DNA from: Pyrinomonadaceae bacterium | GTDB lineage: Bacteria > Acidobacteriota > Blastocatellia > Pyrinomonadales > Pyrinomonadaceae | Direction: 5' to 3' | DNA length: 27,451 nucleotides | Assembly (NCBI GenBank): GCA_041498935.1 | Contig: JBGQJH010000001.1 | Location: 1 to 27,451 of the forward strand | In this document: positions 17,512 to 26,726 of the stretch, piece after piece | Position numbering within the stretch: position 1 is the first letter of the stretch | How the letters are laid out: every line of letters begins with the position of its first letter | Position numbers and translations under genes: made by a program | Notes under the pieces: generated by a model | Seen by the model: the letters and a program-made list of their open reading frames with translations, nothing else | What the model was told of the DNA's origin: nothing | Database searches by the model: none

Positions 17512-18984
17512 TTGGAAGAAATCCCCCAACCCGCGAAAGTCATACATCCCACGAAGGTTGATTCCGATCAGAATCTGCCATTAAGAAGCCGGCTTATCCG
17601 TTGGGCCATCGTGCTGCTCGCGGCTCTCTTCGTTCTGGTAATCCCCATTCCGAGCGGCATAACCCCCAAGTCCTGGCATCTATTCGCAATCTTTGTCGCC
17701 ACAATCGTCGGGTTAATCGCGAGACCGATACCCGGAGGCGCGATGGTACTGCTCGGAGTTACCGCCCTGGCGCTAACCAGGACGCTGCCGGTCGAACAGG
17801 CTTTGGGGGGTTATGGCGATCCGATTGTTTGGCTGGTGCTTGCGGCCTTCTTCATGTCGCGCGGAATGATCAAGACCGGACTCGGAAGGCGAATCGCTTT
17901 TCTGTTTATCCGCGCGATCGGCCGGCACTCTCTCGGCCTGGGTTATGCACTCGTATCCACCGACATGCTGCTCGCCACTGTCATTCCCTCAAATGGCGCC
18001 CGGGCTGGCGGAATAATCTTTCCCGTAGCAAAAAGTCTTGCGGAAGCATACGACTCAAAGCCGGGCGAGACTGCCGGGCGGCTGGGCGCGTTCCTTATGA
18101 CGCTTACTTACCAATGCGACGTCATTGTCTGCGCAATGTTTCTGACCGGCCAGGCTTCAAACGTTCTGATTTCTAAATTCGCTCAACAAGTTACGGGGAT
18201 TGAGTTGACCTATGCTCGCTGGGCGCTGGCAGCAATTGTCCCCGGTCTGCTGTCGCTTCTGGCCGTTCCCCTGGTGCTCTACCGAATCTTTCCGCCCGAA
18301 GTCAAACACACGCCCGCCGCTGCTGAGTTCGCTGCCGGCGAGTTGAAGCGAATGGGGCGAATGAATTCCGGTGAGAAATTAATGCTCATCGTCTTTGCGC
18401 TCGTCGGGAGTTTGTGGATGACGAGCGCACTGCACAAAATCAACCCCGCGGCAGTCGCACTGTTGGGCATTTGCGTTCTCGTGTTGTTCGGCGTTTTGAA
18501 TTGGATAGACGTGATTAGCGAGCGTGGCGCGTGGGATGTTTTTATCTGGTACGGCGGGTTGGTCAGAATGGCAGAAGCGCTCGGCGAGACGGGAATCACC
18601 AAACGATTTGCCGAAACTGCCGCGAGTTTTACCGTTGGTTGGAAATGGTGGGCGGCGCTCGCGGTGCTTTTACTTGTTTACTTCTATGCTCATTATGGAT
18701 TTGCGAGCATCACGGCGCATGCAACGGCGATGTACACGCCCTTCCTGGTGGTAATACTCGCCGCCGGAGCCCCTCCATATCTTGCGGTGTTGTCGCTGGC
18801 GTATTTTTCCAACCTTGACGCGTCACTTACGCACTTCGGCACCACGCCCGCTCCCATCTATTTCGGGGCCGGGTACGTGAAGCAGCGCACCTGGTGGAAA
18901 CTGGGGCTAATCGTCTCGTTTATAACAATTCCCATTTGGGTGATCTTCGGCTTCATGTGGTGGAAGGTTTTGAAGTTGTGGTAA
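17512..18984 (+). CDS. DASS-family divalent anion (di/tricarboxylate or sulfate) transporter
   Basis: Highly hydrophobic. Motifs IKTGLGRRIA, IPSNGARAGG, MFLTGQASN, LTHFGTTPAPIYFGAGYV..WWKLG. Confidence 0.92.
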   Translation: MEEIPQPAKVIHPTKVDSDQNLPLRSRLIRWAIVLLAALFVLVIPIPSGITPKSWHLFAIFVATIVGLIARPIPGGAMVLLGVTALALTRTLPVEQALGGYGDPIVWLVLAAFFMSRGMIKTGLGRRIAFLFIRAIGRHSLGLGYALVSTDMLLATVIPSNGARAGGIIFPVAKSLAEAYDSKPGETAGRLGAFLMTLTYQCDVIVCAMFLTGQASNVLISKFAQQVTGIELTYARWALAAIVPGLLSLLAVPLVLYRIFPPEVKHTPAAAEFAAGELKRMGRMNSGEKLMLIVFALVGSLWMTSALHKINPAAVALLGICVLVLFGVLNWIDVISERGAWDVFIWYGGLVRMAEALGETGITKRFAETAASFTVGWKWWAALAVLLLVYFYAHYGFASITAHATAMYTPFLVVILAAGAPPYLAVLSLAYFSNLDASLTHFGTTPAPIYFGAGYVKQRTWWKLGLIVSFITIPIWVIFGFMWWKVLKLW

Positions 18985-19721
18985 GGAAGAGTTCAATATC
19001 AAGAAACTTGCGCCGAACTAAGACAAGAGAAATTCGCGGCCAGGAGATTAGCAGCCTCGAAAACGAGGTCGTTGCTCGTGTTGCTGCGCTGGCGGTGCAA
19101 GACACTGAGGCGATACGAGAGGTTCGGCGGAAATTTTCAACGCGACTCGCTAATGATCCACCTGAATTGATTGTCGGCCTGGCGCTGAAACTTACGCGCC
19201 GCTCCGACAGCTTTCCACGGTTCTTCGCTTACGAACTGGTTCAGCATCACCATGAGGCTCTTCGAGGCTTAAAAGCCAAGTCGTTGGAGGACTTAGGACA
19301 CGGCATCGATAACTGGGGAGCAGTTGACACTTTTGCCTGTTATCTTGCCGGGCCTGCATGGCGCGAGCGACAAGTCTCCAGTGCGCGGATTCAGCGCTGG
19401 ACTCGCTCGCACGACCGCTGGTGGAGACGCGCTGCCCTGGTCAGCACCGTAGCGCTGAATAACAAAGCCCGCGGAGGCGGCGGTGACGCCACCCGCACAT
19501 TGATGATTTGCGAAATGTTGCTCGAAGATCGCGATGATATGGTGGTAAAGGCTTTGTCCTGGGCCCTGCGCGAACTTTCCAAGCGCGATCCAGAAGCTGT
19601 GCGTAGGTTTTTGGACAAACATGACGACGCGCTGGCGCCGCGTGTTGTCAGAGAAGTAAACAGCAAACTTCAAACGGGTTTAAAGAATCCGCGCCCGGGA
19701 ACGGATTTGAAGGAAAGTTAG
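18978..19721 (+). CDS. DNA alkylation repair protein (AlkD-like HEAT repeat); start uncertain
   Basis: DNWGAVDTFA, WTRSHDRWWRRAALV, DRDDMVVKALSWALREL..PRVVREV. GTG 18978 overlaps the DASS stop; TTG 19008 is an alternative start. Confidence 0.82.
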   Translation: MVRKSSISRNLRRTKTREIRGQEISSLENEVVARVAALAVQDTEAIREVRRKFSTRLANDPPELIVGLALKLTRRSDSFPRFFAYELVQHHHEALRGLKAKSLEDLGHGIDNWGAVDTFACYLAGPAWRERQVSSARIQRWTRSHDRWWRRAALVSTVALNNKARGGGGDATRTLMICEMLLEDRDDMVVKALSWALRELSKRDPEAVRRFLDKHDDALAPRVVREVNSKLQTGLKNPRPGTDLKES

Positions 19722-19759
19722 ATCGCTGGCAGGAGCCTAATTTCGGAATTGCCTCAAAC

Positions 19760-20176
19760 ATGGCAGGTTACTCAGGAACACCACTGGCAAAGAAACTCGG
19801 CTTTAAGGAAGGCTTTCGCGCCGGCTTTGTGAATCCGCCCACAGGATTCCAGAAAGAACTCGACCCCCTTCCTGACAACCTGGAGATCATTGTTGGACGC
19901 TTCCCTAAACAGCTCGATCTAATCATTTTATTCACCGACTCGCAGCGAACTCTGAAAAGAGAGTTTAAGAAGCTCGCCCGGAAACTCGCCCGGAATGGGA
20001 TGCTTTGGATTGCGTGGCCAAAGAAAGCAGCGGGCGTAGCCACTGACCTTTCCGAGAATCACGTTCGCCAAATCGGACTCGAGGCCGGTCTGGTTGACGT
20101 AAAAGTTTGCGCGGTAAACGACATCTGGTCGGGTCTCAAGTTTGTTTATCGTCTGAAAGATCGCAAGTCGCGCTGA
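19760..20176 (+). CDS. DUF3052-family protein
   Basis: MAGYSGTPLAKKLG, GMLWIAWPK, GLVDVKVCAVNDIWSGLKFV. Confidence 0.85.
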   Translation: MAGYSGTPLAKKLGFKEGFRAGFVNPPTGFQKELDPLPDNLEIIVGRFPKQLDLIILFTDSQRTLKREFKKLARKLARNGMLWIAWPKKAAGVATDLSENHVRQIGLEAGLVDVKVCAVNDIWSGLKFVYRLKDRKSR

Positions 20177-20655
20177 AGATCGTTAGCAACCATTCGCCGT
20201 TCAACGCCGAGACGGGTTGTGGTTCCCTGTCGCTACTTTGTAATGCTATTGCGCCACAACCGCAAACCGTTCGCAAGCGCGGGACGCTCAAGTTCACCAC
20301 TAGAAAAATTTTCTCTTCTTCACTACAACTGAAATCGTAATTTGTGTTGCAGTTTGATCGTCACGAGGGCTACGGATAGTAGGACCACCCGGGAGCGTGT
20401 GGAAAGTGTTGCGCGATACAGACGGCGAACGCTTTGTAGCTATGAATAAAGGTTACGGTTTTTAAGGAGAATTTGCACGTTGCCAAAAAGTAGATTGACG
20501 CGCAACGATCTGTTTGATGATTGAGAATTTTCTTTAGGTGATCATCTATCCTCTCGCAATAGAGTTGTTTGCGTTTCAAAAAAATCGCTGCGCGCCGACA
20601 AACAGAATGAATTTCAGCGTTGTAAGAGATGGACCACCTAAGGTCGATTTAAGGG

Positions 20656-20683
20656 TTGCAAAAAAAATTTCGATCACTATAAT
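20656..20683 (+). promoter_or_regulatory. sigma70-like promoter about 340 nt upstream of the Zn-finger/wHTH gene
   Basis: TTGCAA (20656-20661), 16 nt, perfect TATAAT (20678-20683), in AT-rich DNA. Confidence 0.6.
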
Positions 20684-21024
20684 GCGACTCCCTCGCTGGA
20701 AGCGATTGATTGTCAGAAGTGAAGCGTTGAAGTCGGACCTGATTTTTTTTGATTGTGTGCGCAGGTTACTCGCTCTTATAAATTTTGCATGTCCCCCGCT
20801 GACCTGCTACGCAATTCTAATCAGGTGTTGTGAGCCCCCTTCATCAAAATGAAGAAGCTCAGGCAATCCCAGGCGATCTCCCTATTGCAGTAGGGCCTCT
20901 TCGCCAACAATCAACTCAACGCCAATCTTGCGGCCGGGAAAACAGTTCCGGAAGCCCGGACTACGGCATAGGTGTCTCTTCCAGGGAAGAAACTCTAAGT
21001 TAGAGGTTTGATTGGAGCGTTGAC

Positions 21025-21630
21025 ATGACTGACGAATCTGTTGTTTCCGGGAAGAACTGCCCCATTTGTTCCCAGCAGTTACCTTTATCTGAATTTGGAG
21101 TGTGCCGGGCCCGCAAAGACGGTAGAAATCTCTATTGCAAGAGCTGTATTCGTAAAAAAGTGACCGAAAGTCGCCGCGCCCTCAAGGAATATAGATCTGC
21201 TCGTAAACGATATGTCAGTCACCCTCTTTTGGAGACGTCTCCGCTCGACGGTGATTCGCCTTCTTCAGCAGGCTACACGCGACTTCTAAGCAAGTTGTCG
21301 CCCGTCGAACGCGTTAGAGAAGCGATCAGGAAAGGCGCGCGCACGCAAAAGGAAATCGCCCAGGAGACCCGGCTCGGCAAAGACGAAATTGGAGACGCCA
21401 TTGCGAACCTGCTACTGTGGACGCGCGAGATCAAGACCCAAATAGTCGACAACAACAGGTTGTATTTCATAAACGGGTCGGCAGACTTACCCATCCGTGA
21501 AGAGACGCTCAACATTCCGGGGCGTAAGGGAGACGTGCCCAGTTCCTTTAGCGCGGTTCAGGGTTTAATGCCGGGCAGGAATCCAGAGGGAGAAGAACCG
21601 GAAAAGCTTGGCGGCTGGGTGGCAGCCTAG
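21025..21630 (+). CDS. Hypothetical protein: N-terminal CxxC...CxxC Zn-binding motif + probable winged HTH
   Basis: CPIC-x23-CKSC (with RKDG), then VERVREAIRKGARTQKEIAQETRLGKDEIGDAIANL..IKTQIVDNNRLYF. ggag RBS. Confidence 0.72.
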   Translation: MTDESVVSGKNCPICSQQLPLSEFGVCRARKDGRNLYCKSCIRKKVTESRRALKEYRSARKRYVSHPLLETSPLDGDSPSSAGYTRLLSKLSPVERVREAIRKGARTQKEIAQETRLGKDEIGDAIANLLLWTREIKTQIVDNNRLYFINGSADLPIREETLNIPGRKGDVPSSFSAVQGLMPGRNPEGEEPEKLGGWVAA

Positions 21631-21658
21631 GCCGCCGGCGGGATTTGCGCGAGGCCTG

Positions 21659-22117
21659 TTAGTTCGCAAAGGCCTCAAGAACTTCTCGCGCGTGTTCTTC
21701 AGGTTTGACCTTTTCAAACACCTTCTTGATTTTGCCCTTTTCATCAATAAGGAAGGTTATCCGCTTAACGCCCATGTAAGTGCGGCCCATAAACTTCTTC
21801 TCGCCATAGACTCCGTAAGCGTCTGCGATTGAATGATCCGAGTCAGCCAGGAGCGTGAAGGGAAGCTTATACTTGGCGGTAAACTTCTTGTGAGAAACCT
21901 CACTGTCCACGGATACGCCCAGTACCTCGATGCCACGCTTTTTAAAGTCCGCGAACGCATCGCGAAATGAGCAGGCCTCTTTAGTGCATCCAGGCGTATC
22001 GTCTTTGGGGTAAAAATAAAGAACCACTTTTTGGCCTCGCAGATCCTTGAGCCGAACGGTTTCGCCGTTCGCGTTATTTGCGGTGAAGTTAGGCGCGGCA
22101 GTTCCTTCTTTGAGCAT
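21659..22117 (-). CDS. bcp: Thioredoxin-dependent thiol peroxidase Bcp/PrxQ
   Basis: YFYPKDDTPGCTKEAC, VLGVSVD, FTLLAD, RITFLIDEKG. ATG 22117 with RBS; the ORF-track extension to 22456 overlaps the EVE gene. Confidence 0.95.
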   Translation of the reverse strand: MLKEGTAAPNFTANNANGETVRLKDLRGQKVVLYFYPKDDTPGCTKEACSFRDAFADFKKRGIEVLGVSVDSEVSHKKFTAKYKLPFTLLADSDHSIADAYGVYGEKKFMGRTYMGVKRITFLIDEKGKIKKVFEKVKPEEHAREVLEAFAN

Positions 22118-22204
22118 TTTCCTACTCCCGTTCTTGCAAGTTACAAGGGCCGCACATTTTAGGCCTTTGCCACTCACGCGGCAAGAATCGAAAAGGCTAA
22201 AGAG

Positions 22205-22660
22205 ATGAAAAAGAAAACAAAAAGCAGCTACTGGATGGTAAAGCAAGAGCCGGAGAATTACTCCTGGAGCGATCTTGTCAAAGATGATGGAACAGATTGG
22301 ACGGGGGTTAGAAATTACCAGGCCCGCAACAACTTGCGCGAAATGAAGACAGGCGACCGTGTCCTGTTCTATCATTCCGGAAAAGACAAAGCAGTCGTCG
22401 GCCTGACGGAAGTGGTCAAGAGTGCCTACCCGGATCCAACTGCCGACGACCCGCAATGGGTGGCTGTTGATATAATGCCGATCAAGGCCCTCAAGAATCC
22501 GGTCCCGCTGGCCGCGATTCGCTATGACAAGCGACTAAGCCAACTGCCTTTAATCAGGCAATCTCAGCTTTCCGTAATGTCGTTGACCAAAGACGAGTTT
22601 GAGATAATCGTAGCCACGGGCGAGGGCAAGACCAGGAAACAGGTAGCGCGGAAAAAGTGA
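22205..22660 (+). CDS. EVE domain-containing protein
   Basis: YWMVKQEPENYSW, WTGVRNYQARN, GDRVLFYHSG, RQSQLSV. Confidence 0.93.
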   Translation: MKKKTKSSYWMVKQEPENYSWSDLVKDDGTDWTGVRNYQARNNLREMKTGDRVLFYHSGKDKAVVGLTEVVKSAYPDPTADDPQWVAVDIMPIKALKNPVPLAAIRYDKRLSQLPLIRQSQLSVMSLTKDEFEIIVATGEGKTRKQVARKK

Positions 22661-22706
22661 ATCTCGCCTGCAAATGCAGGGCGACAACTTGGGATGGAGG
22701 CTAAGA

Positions 22707-23102
22707 ATGTTTAAGCAGATCGACTATACGATGGTGGTCGTTTCAGATATGGAGCGCTCGGTGAGGTTTTATCGCGATAGTTTGGGAATACCTCTGAAGT
22801 TTCAATCGCCGGATTGGACTGAGTTTCAAACGGGACCAACTACGCTCGCACTGCACGGCGGTGGCGTCACGCCAACGAGTCCTCCGGCTGGGGATCCGAC
22901 CAAGCAGGCTGGCAGTTGTTCGATTGGTTTCAACGTCGAAGACGTCGACAAGACCTATGGGGAGCTGAAGGCCAAAGGTATTCGCTTCGTGATGCCGCCG
23001 ACGCAAAGAGAGGGCGAGGGGCTCAAATTGGCAGTTTGCATTGATCCGGATGGTTTGCCCATCGCTTTTGCCCAGACGATTGCCCAGACGGCGGCGAGTT
23101 AA
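22707..23102 (+). CDS. VOC (glyoxalase/bleomycin resistance) family protein
   Basis: VVSDMERSVRFYRDSLG, IGFNVEDVD, CIDPDG. ATG 22707 after a ggagg RBS. Confidence 0.9.
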   Translation: MFKQIDYTMVVVSDMERSVRFYRDSLGIPLKFQSPDWTEFQTGPTTLALHGGGVTPTSPPAGDPTKQAGSCSIGFNVEDVDKTYGELKAKGIRFVMPPTQREGEGLKLAVCIDPDGLPIAFAQTIAQTAAS

Positions 23103-23104
23103 AC

Positions 23105-23316
23105 ATCAGAACCGGGAGCGGTAGCGACCGGCCAAGCACTCAGTTTAAAAACTTAGTTAACACAGTTGGGTGTCGGGCCGGTCACTACCGTTCCCGGTTC
23201 TGATAACACAGCTTATTACCGTTGGGCATCGGGCCGGTCACTACCGTTCCCGGTTCTGATAGCACAGCTTATTACCGTTGGGCATCGGGCCGGTCACTAC
23301 CGTTCCCGGTTCTGAT
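23105..23316. repeat. REP-like palindromic element with a triplicated right arm
   Basis: Left arm 23105-23133 is inverted against right arm 23176-23204. Two further 56-bp direct copies ending in the right arm lie at 23205-23260 and 23261-23316. Confidence 0.9.
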
Positions 23317-23331
23317 GGTGGGCTTGCAGGT

Positions 23332-24231
23332 TTAACTAAAGAGCCTGGGCTCGGCTTCAGTCACCTCAGCCTCTGGTGTGGCTGAATCCATTAGCGCCGG
23401 ATACTTCTGAAACAACGGCGCGGGACCCACTACCCGTTTTTCGGTCAGTGTAGCCTTGATCTCAAGCGCATTTACCACCGCCTGGCCGCGAAAGTGGTTG
23501 TTCGTAATTACGTAAGACTCCTTCGTCTTCGCCGCAATCTCCTTAATCCGAGCAATCCACGGCTCCAACTCATCGAGTGAATAAAGATAATTGTAGCGGT
23601 CGTCTCGCGGCGCTTTTTCTCTGAACCAGTCCTGATAATTCCTGCCGTGTAGCCGCACATAGCCAACCTGAGAAGTGGACAGGGCCGCGGGTTTGATGGA
23701 TTTACTGAAGAGCGGTTGATCAACATTGCAAATTCCCACCCCCAACTCTTCCAGCCATTCGTAAATCTGTGGGTTGTTCCATGATGAATGCCTGACTTCG
23801 AGCGCCAACGGATAGTCTTTGAACCGGTCCAATAACTTAGACAAATAAGCACGTTCTTCATCAGTGTTCTTGAACGACCAGGGAAACTGAAGCAACACGG
23901 CGCCCAGCTTTCCCACATCCACCAGTGCGTCCATCCCTTCGCGCACAGTACGCTCGTCTTCGGCGGTCGCCCTGCCGCGTTCATGCGTGAAAACCCGGTG
24001 CAGTTTTGCCGTGAACATGAAATCAGCGGCCTCGGCAACGCGGCTCGCCCACGATTTTGCGGTGGAGGCCGTGAACGGTCGGTAGAAACTGCTATTGATC
24101 TCGATCGTGTTGAAGAAGCGCGCGAGATATTCGAGCGGATCAAACTTCGCGCCCGGCTTCTTCGGATAGACCGTGCCTTCCCAGTCTTTATAAGACCAGC
24201 CGGCAGGTCCAATTTTAACTTTGTTAGTCAT
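23332..24231 (-). CDS. DUF72 domain-containing protein
   Basis: IGPAGWSYKDW, FNTIEINSSFY, LLQFPWSF, ALEVRHSSW, YVRLHGRN, YLYSLDEL, NNHFRGQA. Confidence 0.93.
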   Translation of the reverse strand: MTNKVKIGPAGWSYKDWEGTVYPKKPGAKFDPLEYLARFFNTIEINSSFYRPFTASTAKSWASRVAEAADFMFTAKLHRVFTHERGRATAEDERTVREGMDALVDVGKLGAVLLQFPWSFKNTDEERAYLSKLLDRFKDYPLALEVRHSSWNNPQIYEWLEELGVGICNVDQPLFSKSIKPAALSTSQVGYVRLHGRNYQDWFREKAPRDDRYNYLYSLDELEPWIARIKEIAAKTKESYVITNNHFRGQAVVNALEIKATLTEKRVVGPAPLFQKYPALMDSATPEAEVTEAEPRLFS

Positions 24232-24258
24232 TGTCCCCTACAGCCTCGAGAATACGCC

Positions 24259-24469
24259 ACGCGCGCGCGCTATCAGAACCGGAAGCGGTAGCGACCGGCC
24301 AAGCGCTCAATTTGATGAGCGTAGTTGTTACAGTTGAGCATTGGGCCGGTCGCTACGCGCGCGCGCTATCAGAACCGGAAGCGGTAGCGACCGGCCAAAC
24401 GCTCAATTTGATGAGCGTAGTTGTTACAGTTGAGCATTGGGCCGGTTGCTACCGCTCCCGATTCTGATA
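24259..24469. repeat. REP-like element with a 96-bp tandem duplication
   Basis: Units 24259-24354 and 24355-24450 are near-identical and each starts acgcgcgcgcgctatcagaaccgg. Only the second has the full inverted right arm (24440-24468). Confidence 0.9.
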
Positions 24470-24487
24470 CCGCTGGGAGCCCCCAAC

Positions 24488-25471
24488 TTAATTTGGCGAC
24501 GGCGGCTGTTGTAGCTCGGGAATTTTCGCGATCGTAGCCGCGGGCAACGGCTTGAGTTTGAGCTGTTCCCTAAGAAAAGCAATGCGGTCGCGCCGAGCCG
24601 CAGCATTGAGCGCGTGCGGCGCGTCATACAACTCAAACCGTTTCGGCTCGCTAACGACGGCCGCCTGCAGGCGCGCTCGCTCTGGCGTTAAGAACTTCTC
24701 TTGCGTGGCGAACTGGAGAAATACAACAGCCGGCGCGGCGTGAGAAACGTACTTGCCCTGGTCGGTCCAGGAATACTTCTCGACAAACGCATCAAATTTT
24801 TCCGCGCCCACCTTCTGGCGATACTGCTGGTACTCTGGTGTTTTCATACTCATCTCATCCGACATGGTACCCGCCATCAGGACGAAGGCCTTGAACCGCC
24901 GCTCCACCCCGCTAAGGATCGCGCCCACCACCGCATTGTAGCTGTGACCGACGTAGGCAATGCGCTTCGGGTCAACATCCTTCCGCGCCAGCAGTAGGTC
25001 AACACCCCGGCGCATGTCAGTTACCTGTTGCACGAGGTCAACACTCTGTTGCTCATTCAGCGGGTCATCGTTTTCCACGTGACCCGGCCGCGCAATCGGG
25101 CCGTCGGTCAGCAATGACACCACACCCGCTGGCGCCAGCGCGACCGCTTCATCGAGAAACTCCTTACGATTGAGCATGGGCGAGTTGGGCCAGTACCAAT
25201 GTCCCCAGATTACCACGGCGAAAGGACCCTTCCCTTTCGGGACGACGAGATACGCAGGCACAACGCCGCCTTTCGGACTGACATAGGTAATGTCGTGGAT
25301 AGCAACGTCACCGCGACGCTCGACGCCGATTTCTTTGATCCCCAACGGCGCTTTTTGATCGTAATCAAAATGGCGCAACAGATCGGAATCCTGGGCACGG
25401 CCTGGCGAAGCGCTAAACAGAAGCGTTCCCAGCAAAAGAGTAATGTGAACCAGACGAAGTAGTGTTGGCAT
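24488..25471 (-). CDS. Exported alpha/beta hydrolase (dienelactone hydrolase / acetyl-xylan-esterase-like)
   Basis: Signal peptide ending ..GRA|Q. VPAYLVVPKGKGPF, DPKRIAYVGHSYNA (nucleophile elbow), YDAPHALN (catalytic His). ATG 25471 after a gaggag RBS. Confidence 0.82.
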   Translation of the reverse strand: MPTLLRLVHITLLLGTLLFSASPGRAQDSDLLRHFDYDQKAPLGIKEIGVERRGDVAIHDITYVSPKGGVVPAYLVVPKGKGPFAVVIWGHWYWPNSPMLNRKEFLDEAVALAPAGVVSLLTDGPIARPGHVENDDPLNEQQSVDLVQQVTDMRRGVDLLLARKDVDPKRIAYVGHSYNAVVGAILSGVERRFKAFVLMAGTMSDEMSMKTPEYQQYRQKVGAEKFDAFVEKYSWTDQGKYVSHAAPAVVFLQFATQEKFLTPERARLQAAVVSEPKRFELYDAPHALNAAARRDRIAFLREQLKLKPLPAATIAKIPELQQPPSPN

Positions 25472-25588
25472 AGTCGAATTGCTCCTCAAACTTCACGTTC
25501 CTTACGATAATTCACCAGGATTGACAATAGTGTATCGCGGATGCGACGCTGAGCCGCTTCAACAAACATCGCGAAAGGAGAACCGTTC

Positions 25589-26626
25589 GTGCGATTGACC
25601 GAAATGGTTTCGTGCTCTGGTTGAGCGGCTAAGCTGTCACCGAGCTTACTCGCTCAGGTGTTGAGCGGGCTACCACCACAGCCCAAGGACGAGAATGTCA
25701 TGGTTGGCTTCGACACGGCCGACGACGCCGGAGTGTATCGACTGCGCGATGACCTCGCGATTGTGCAAACAGTCGATTTTTTCACGCCGATCGTGGACGA
25801 TCCGTTTGTGTATGGTCAGATCGCCGCGCTCAACTCCATCAACGACGTTTGGGCGATGGCCGGCACGCCGCTGACTGCGCTCGCGATTACTTGCTTTCCG
25901 AAGACGGGCGTTGATCCGGCGATACTCGGCGAGATCATGCGCGGCGGATTGGAAACCCTGAACAAGTATGGCGTCACGCTAATTGGCGGTCACAGCGTCG
26001 ACAGCGCACAGATAATGTTTGGCTATGCAGTCACCGGTGTAATCGATCCAGGCAAGATTGCCACTAACGCCGGCGCGCGCCCCGGCGACGTGATTATTCT
26101 GACCAAACCAATCGGCACGGGCGTTATTTCCACGGGAATCAAGTTTGAAAAGACGACTCCTGAAGTCGCCGCTTCGTCGGTAGCAACGATGCTAACGCCC
26201 GGCAGATCTGCGGCTGAGGCGATGCGCGAATTTGGCGTGCGTGGAGCGACCGACGTAACCGGCTTCGCCCTACTCGGCCACGCCTGGGAGATGGCTCGCG
26301 CGAGTAACGTTACGATACAGATCGATCCCGGCGCCGTACCTTTGTTGGAAGGCGCGCTCGAGCTGGCGGCAGCTGGTGTAATCACCGGAGCGGACAGAAC
26401 GAATCGCGAATACGTCGGCGATGACATCGAGATCGATGAGTCGGTCAGCAAAGAGATGCGCCGGTTGCTTTACGATCCGCAGACTGCGGGTGGAATGTTG
26501 ATTTCTATTTCACCGGATTTATCCACTGCTTTGTTGCAACGATTGAAAGAAACCTATACACAGGCGGAGGTAATGGGACGAGTGGTTGCGCGAGCATCAC
26601 ACTCGATCCTGGTAAGATCTGGTTGA
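25589..26626 (+). CDS. selD: Selenophosphate synthetase (selenide, water dikinase), itself a selenoprotein (Sec at TGA 25622-25624)
   Basis: aaggag RBS and GTG 25589 give [18 protein letters not shown], in frame with the downstream ORF. Motifs [43 protein letters not shown]. Confidence 0.95.
25649..25669 (+). promoter_or_regulatory. Candidate SECIS hairpin of selD
   Basis: CUCGCUCA-[GGUGU]-UGAGCGGG: 8-bp stem with a G-initiated loop 32 nt after UGA. An alternative stem taagct/agctta lies at 25630-25648. Confidence 0.55.
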
Positions 26627-26726
26627 CTACACGGAGGTATGTACGGAGGTATGAGCTTGGGCTAGGCGGGAACGAGGCAGATCCCTACCCGGTGCGGCAC
26701 CTGCATGTGAAAGGAGATCGCTCAAC

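Noticed and set aside
20538-20852. 104-aa ORF in the long intergenic region
   Set aside because: No RBS or recognisable motif, it runs through the predicted promoter, and it has an atypical AT-rich composition. Likely spurious.
21659-22456. 265-aa ORF-track version of bcp (also long starts for tatB 3718, peptide 6177, AlkD 18894, msrP 17329)
   Set aside because: The extensions overlap neighbouring genes or promoters and lack homology. Downstream starts have RBSs or match family N-termini.
23159-23316. Three 29-bp repeats that could be read as a mini CRISPR array
   Set aside because: The spacers are near-identical to each other, the repeat is the right arm of a REP-like palindrome, and no cas genes are present.
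24231-24467. 78-aa ORF with a duplicated ARALSEPEAVATGQ motif
   Set aside because: It is only the translation of the 96-bp REP duplication.
25521-25526. Perfect TTGACA upstream of selD (also at 3779-3784 upstream of the ligase)
   Set aside because: No acceptable -10 box at 16-18 nt spacing.
26624-26665. selD TGA stop followed by acggaggtatg x2 (two SD+ATG units; in-frame MYGGMSLG)
   Set aside because: SelD homology is complete before the stop, there is no convincing SECIS, and the 8-aa ORF has no support. Probably a short 12-bp duplication.
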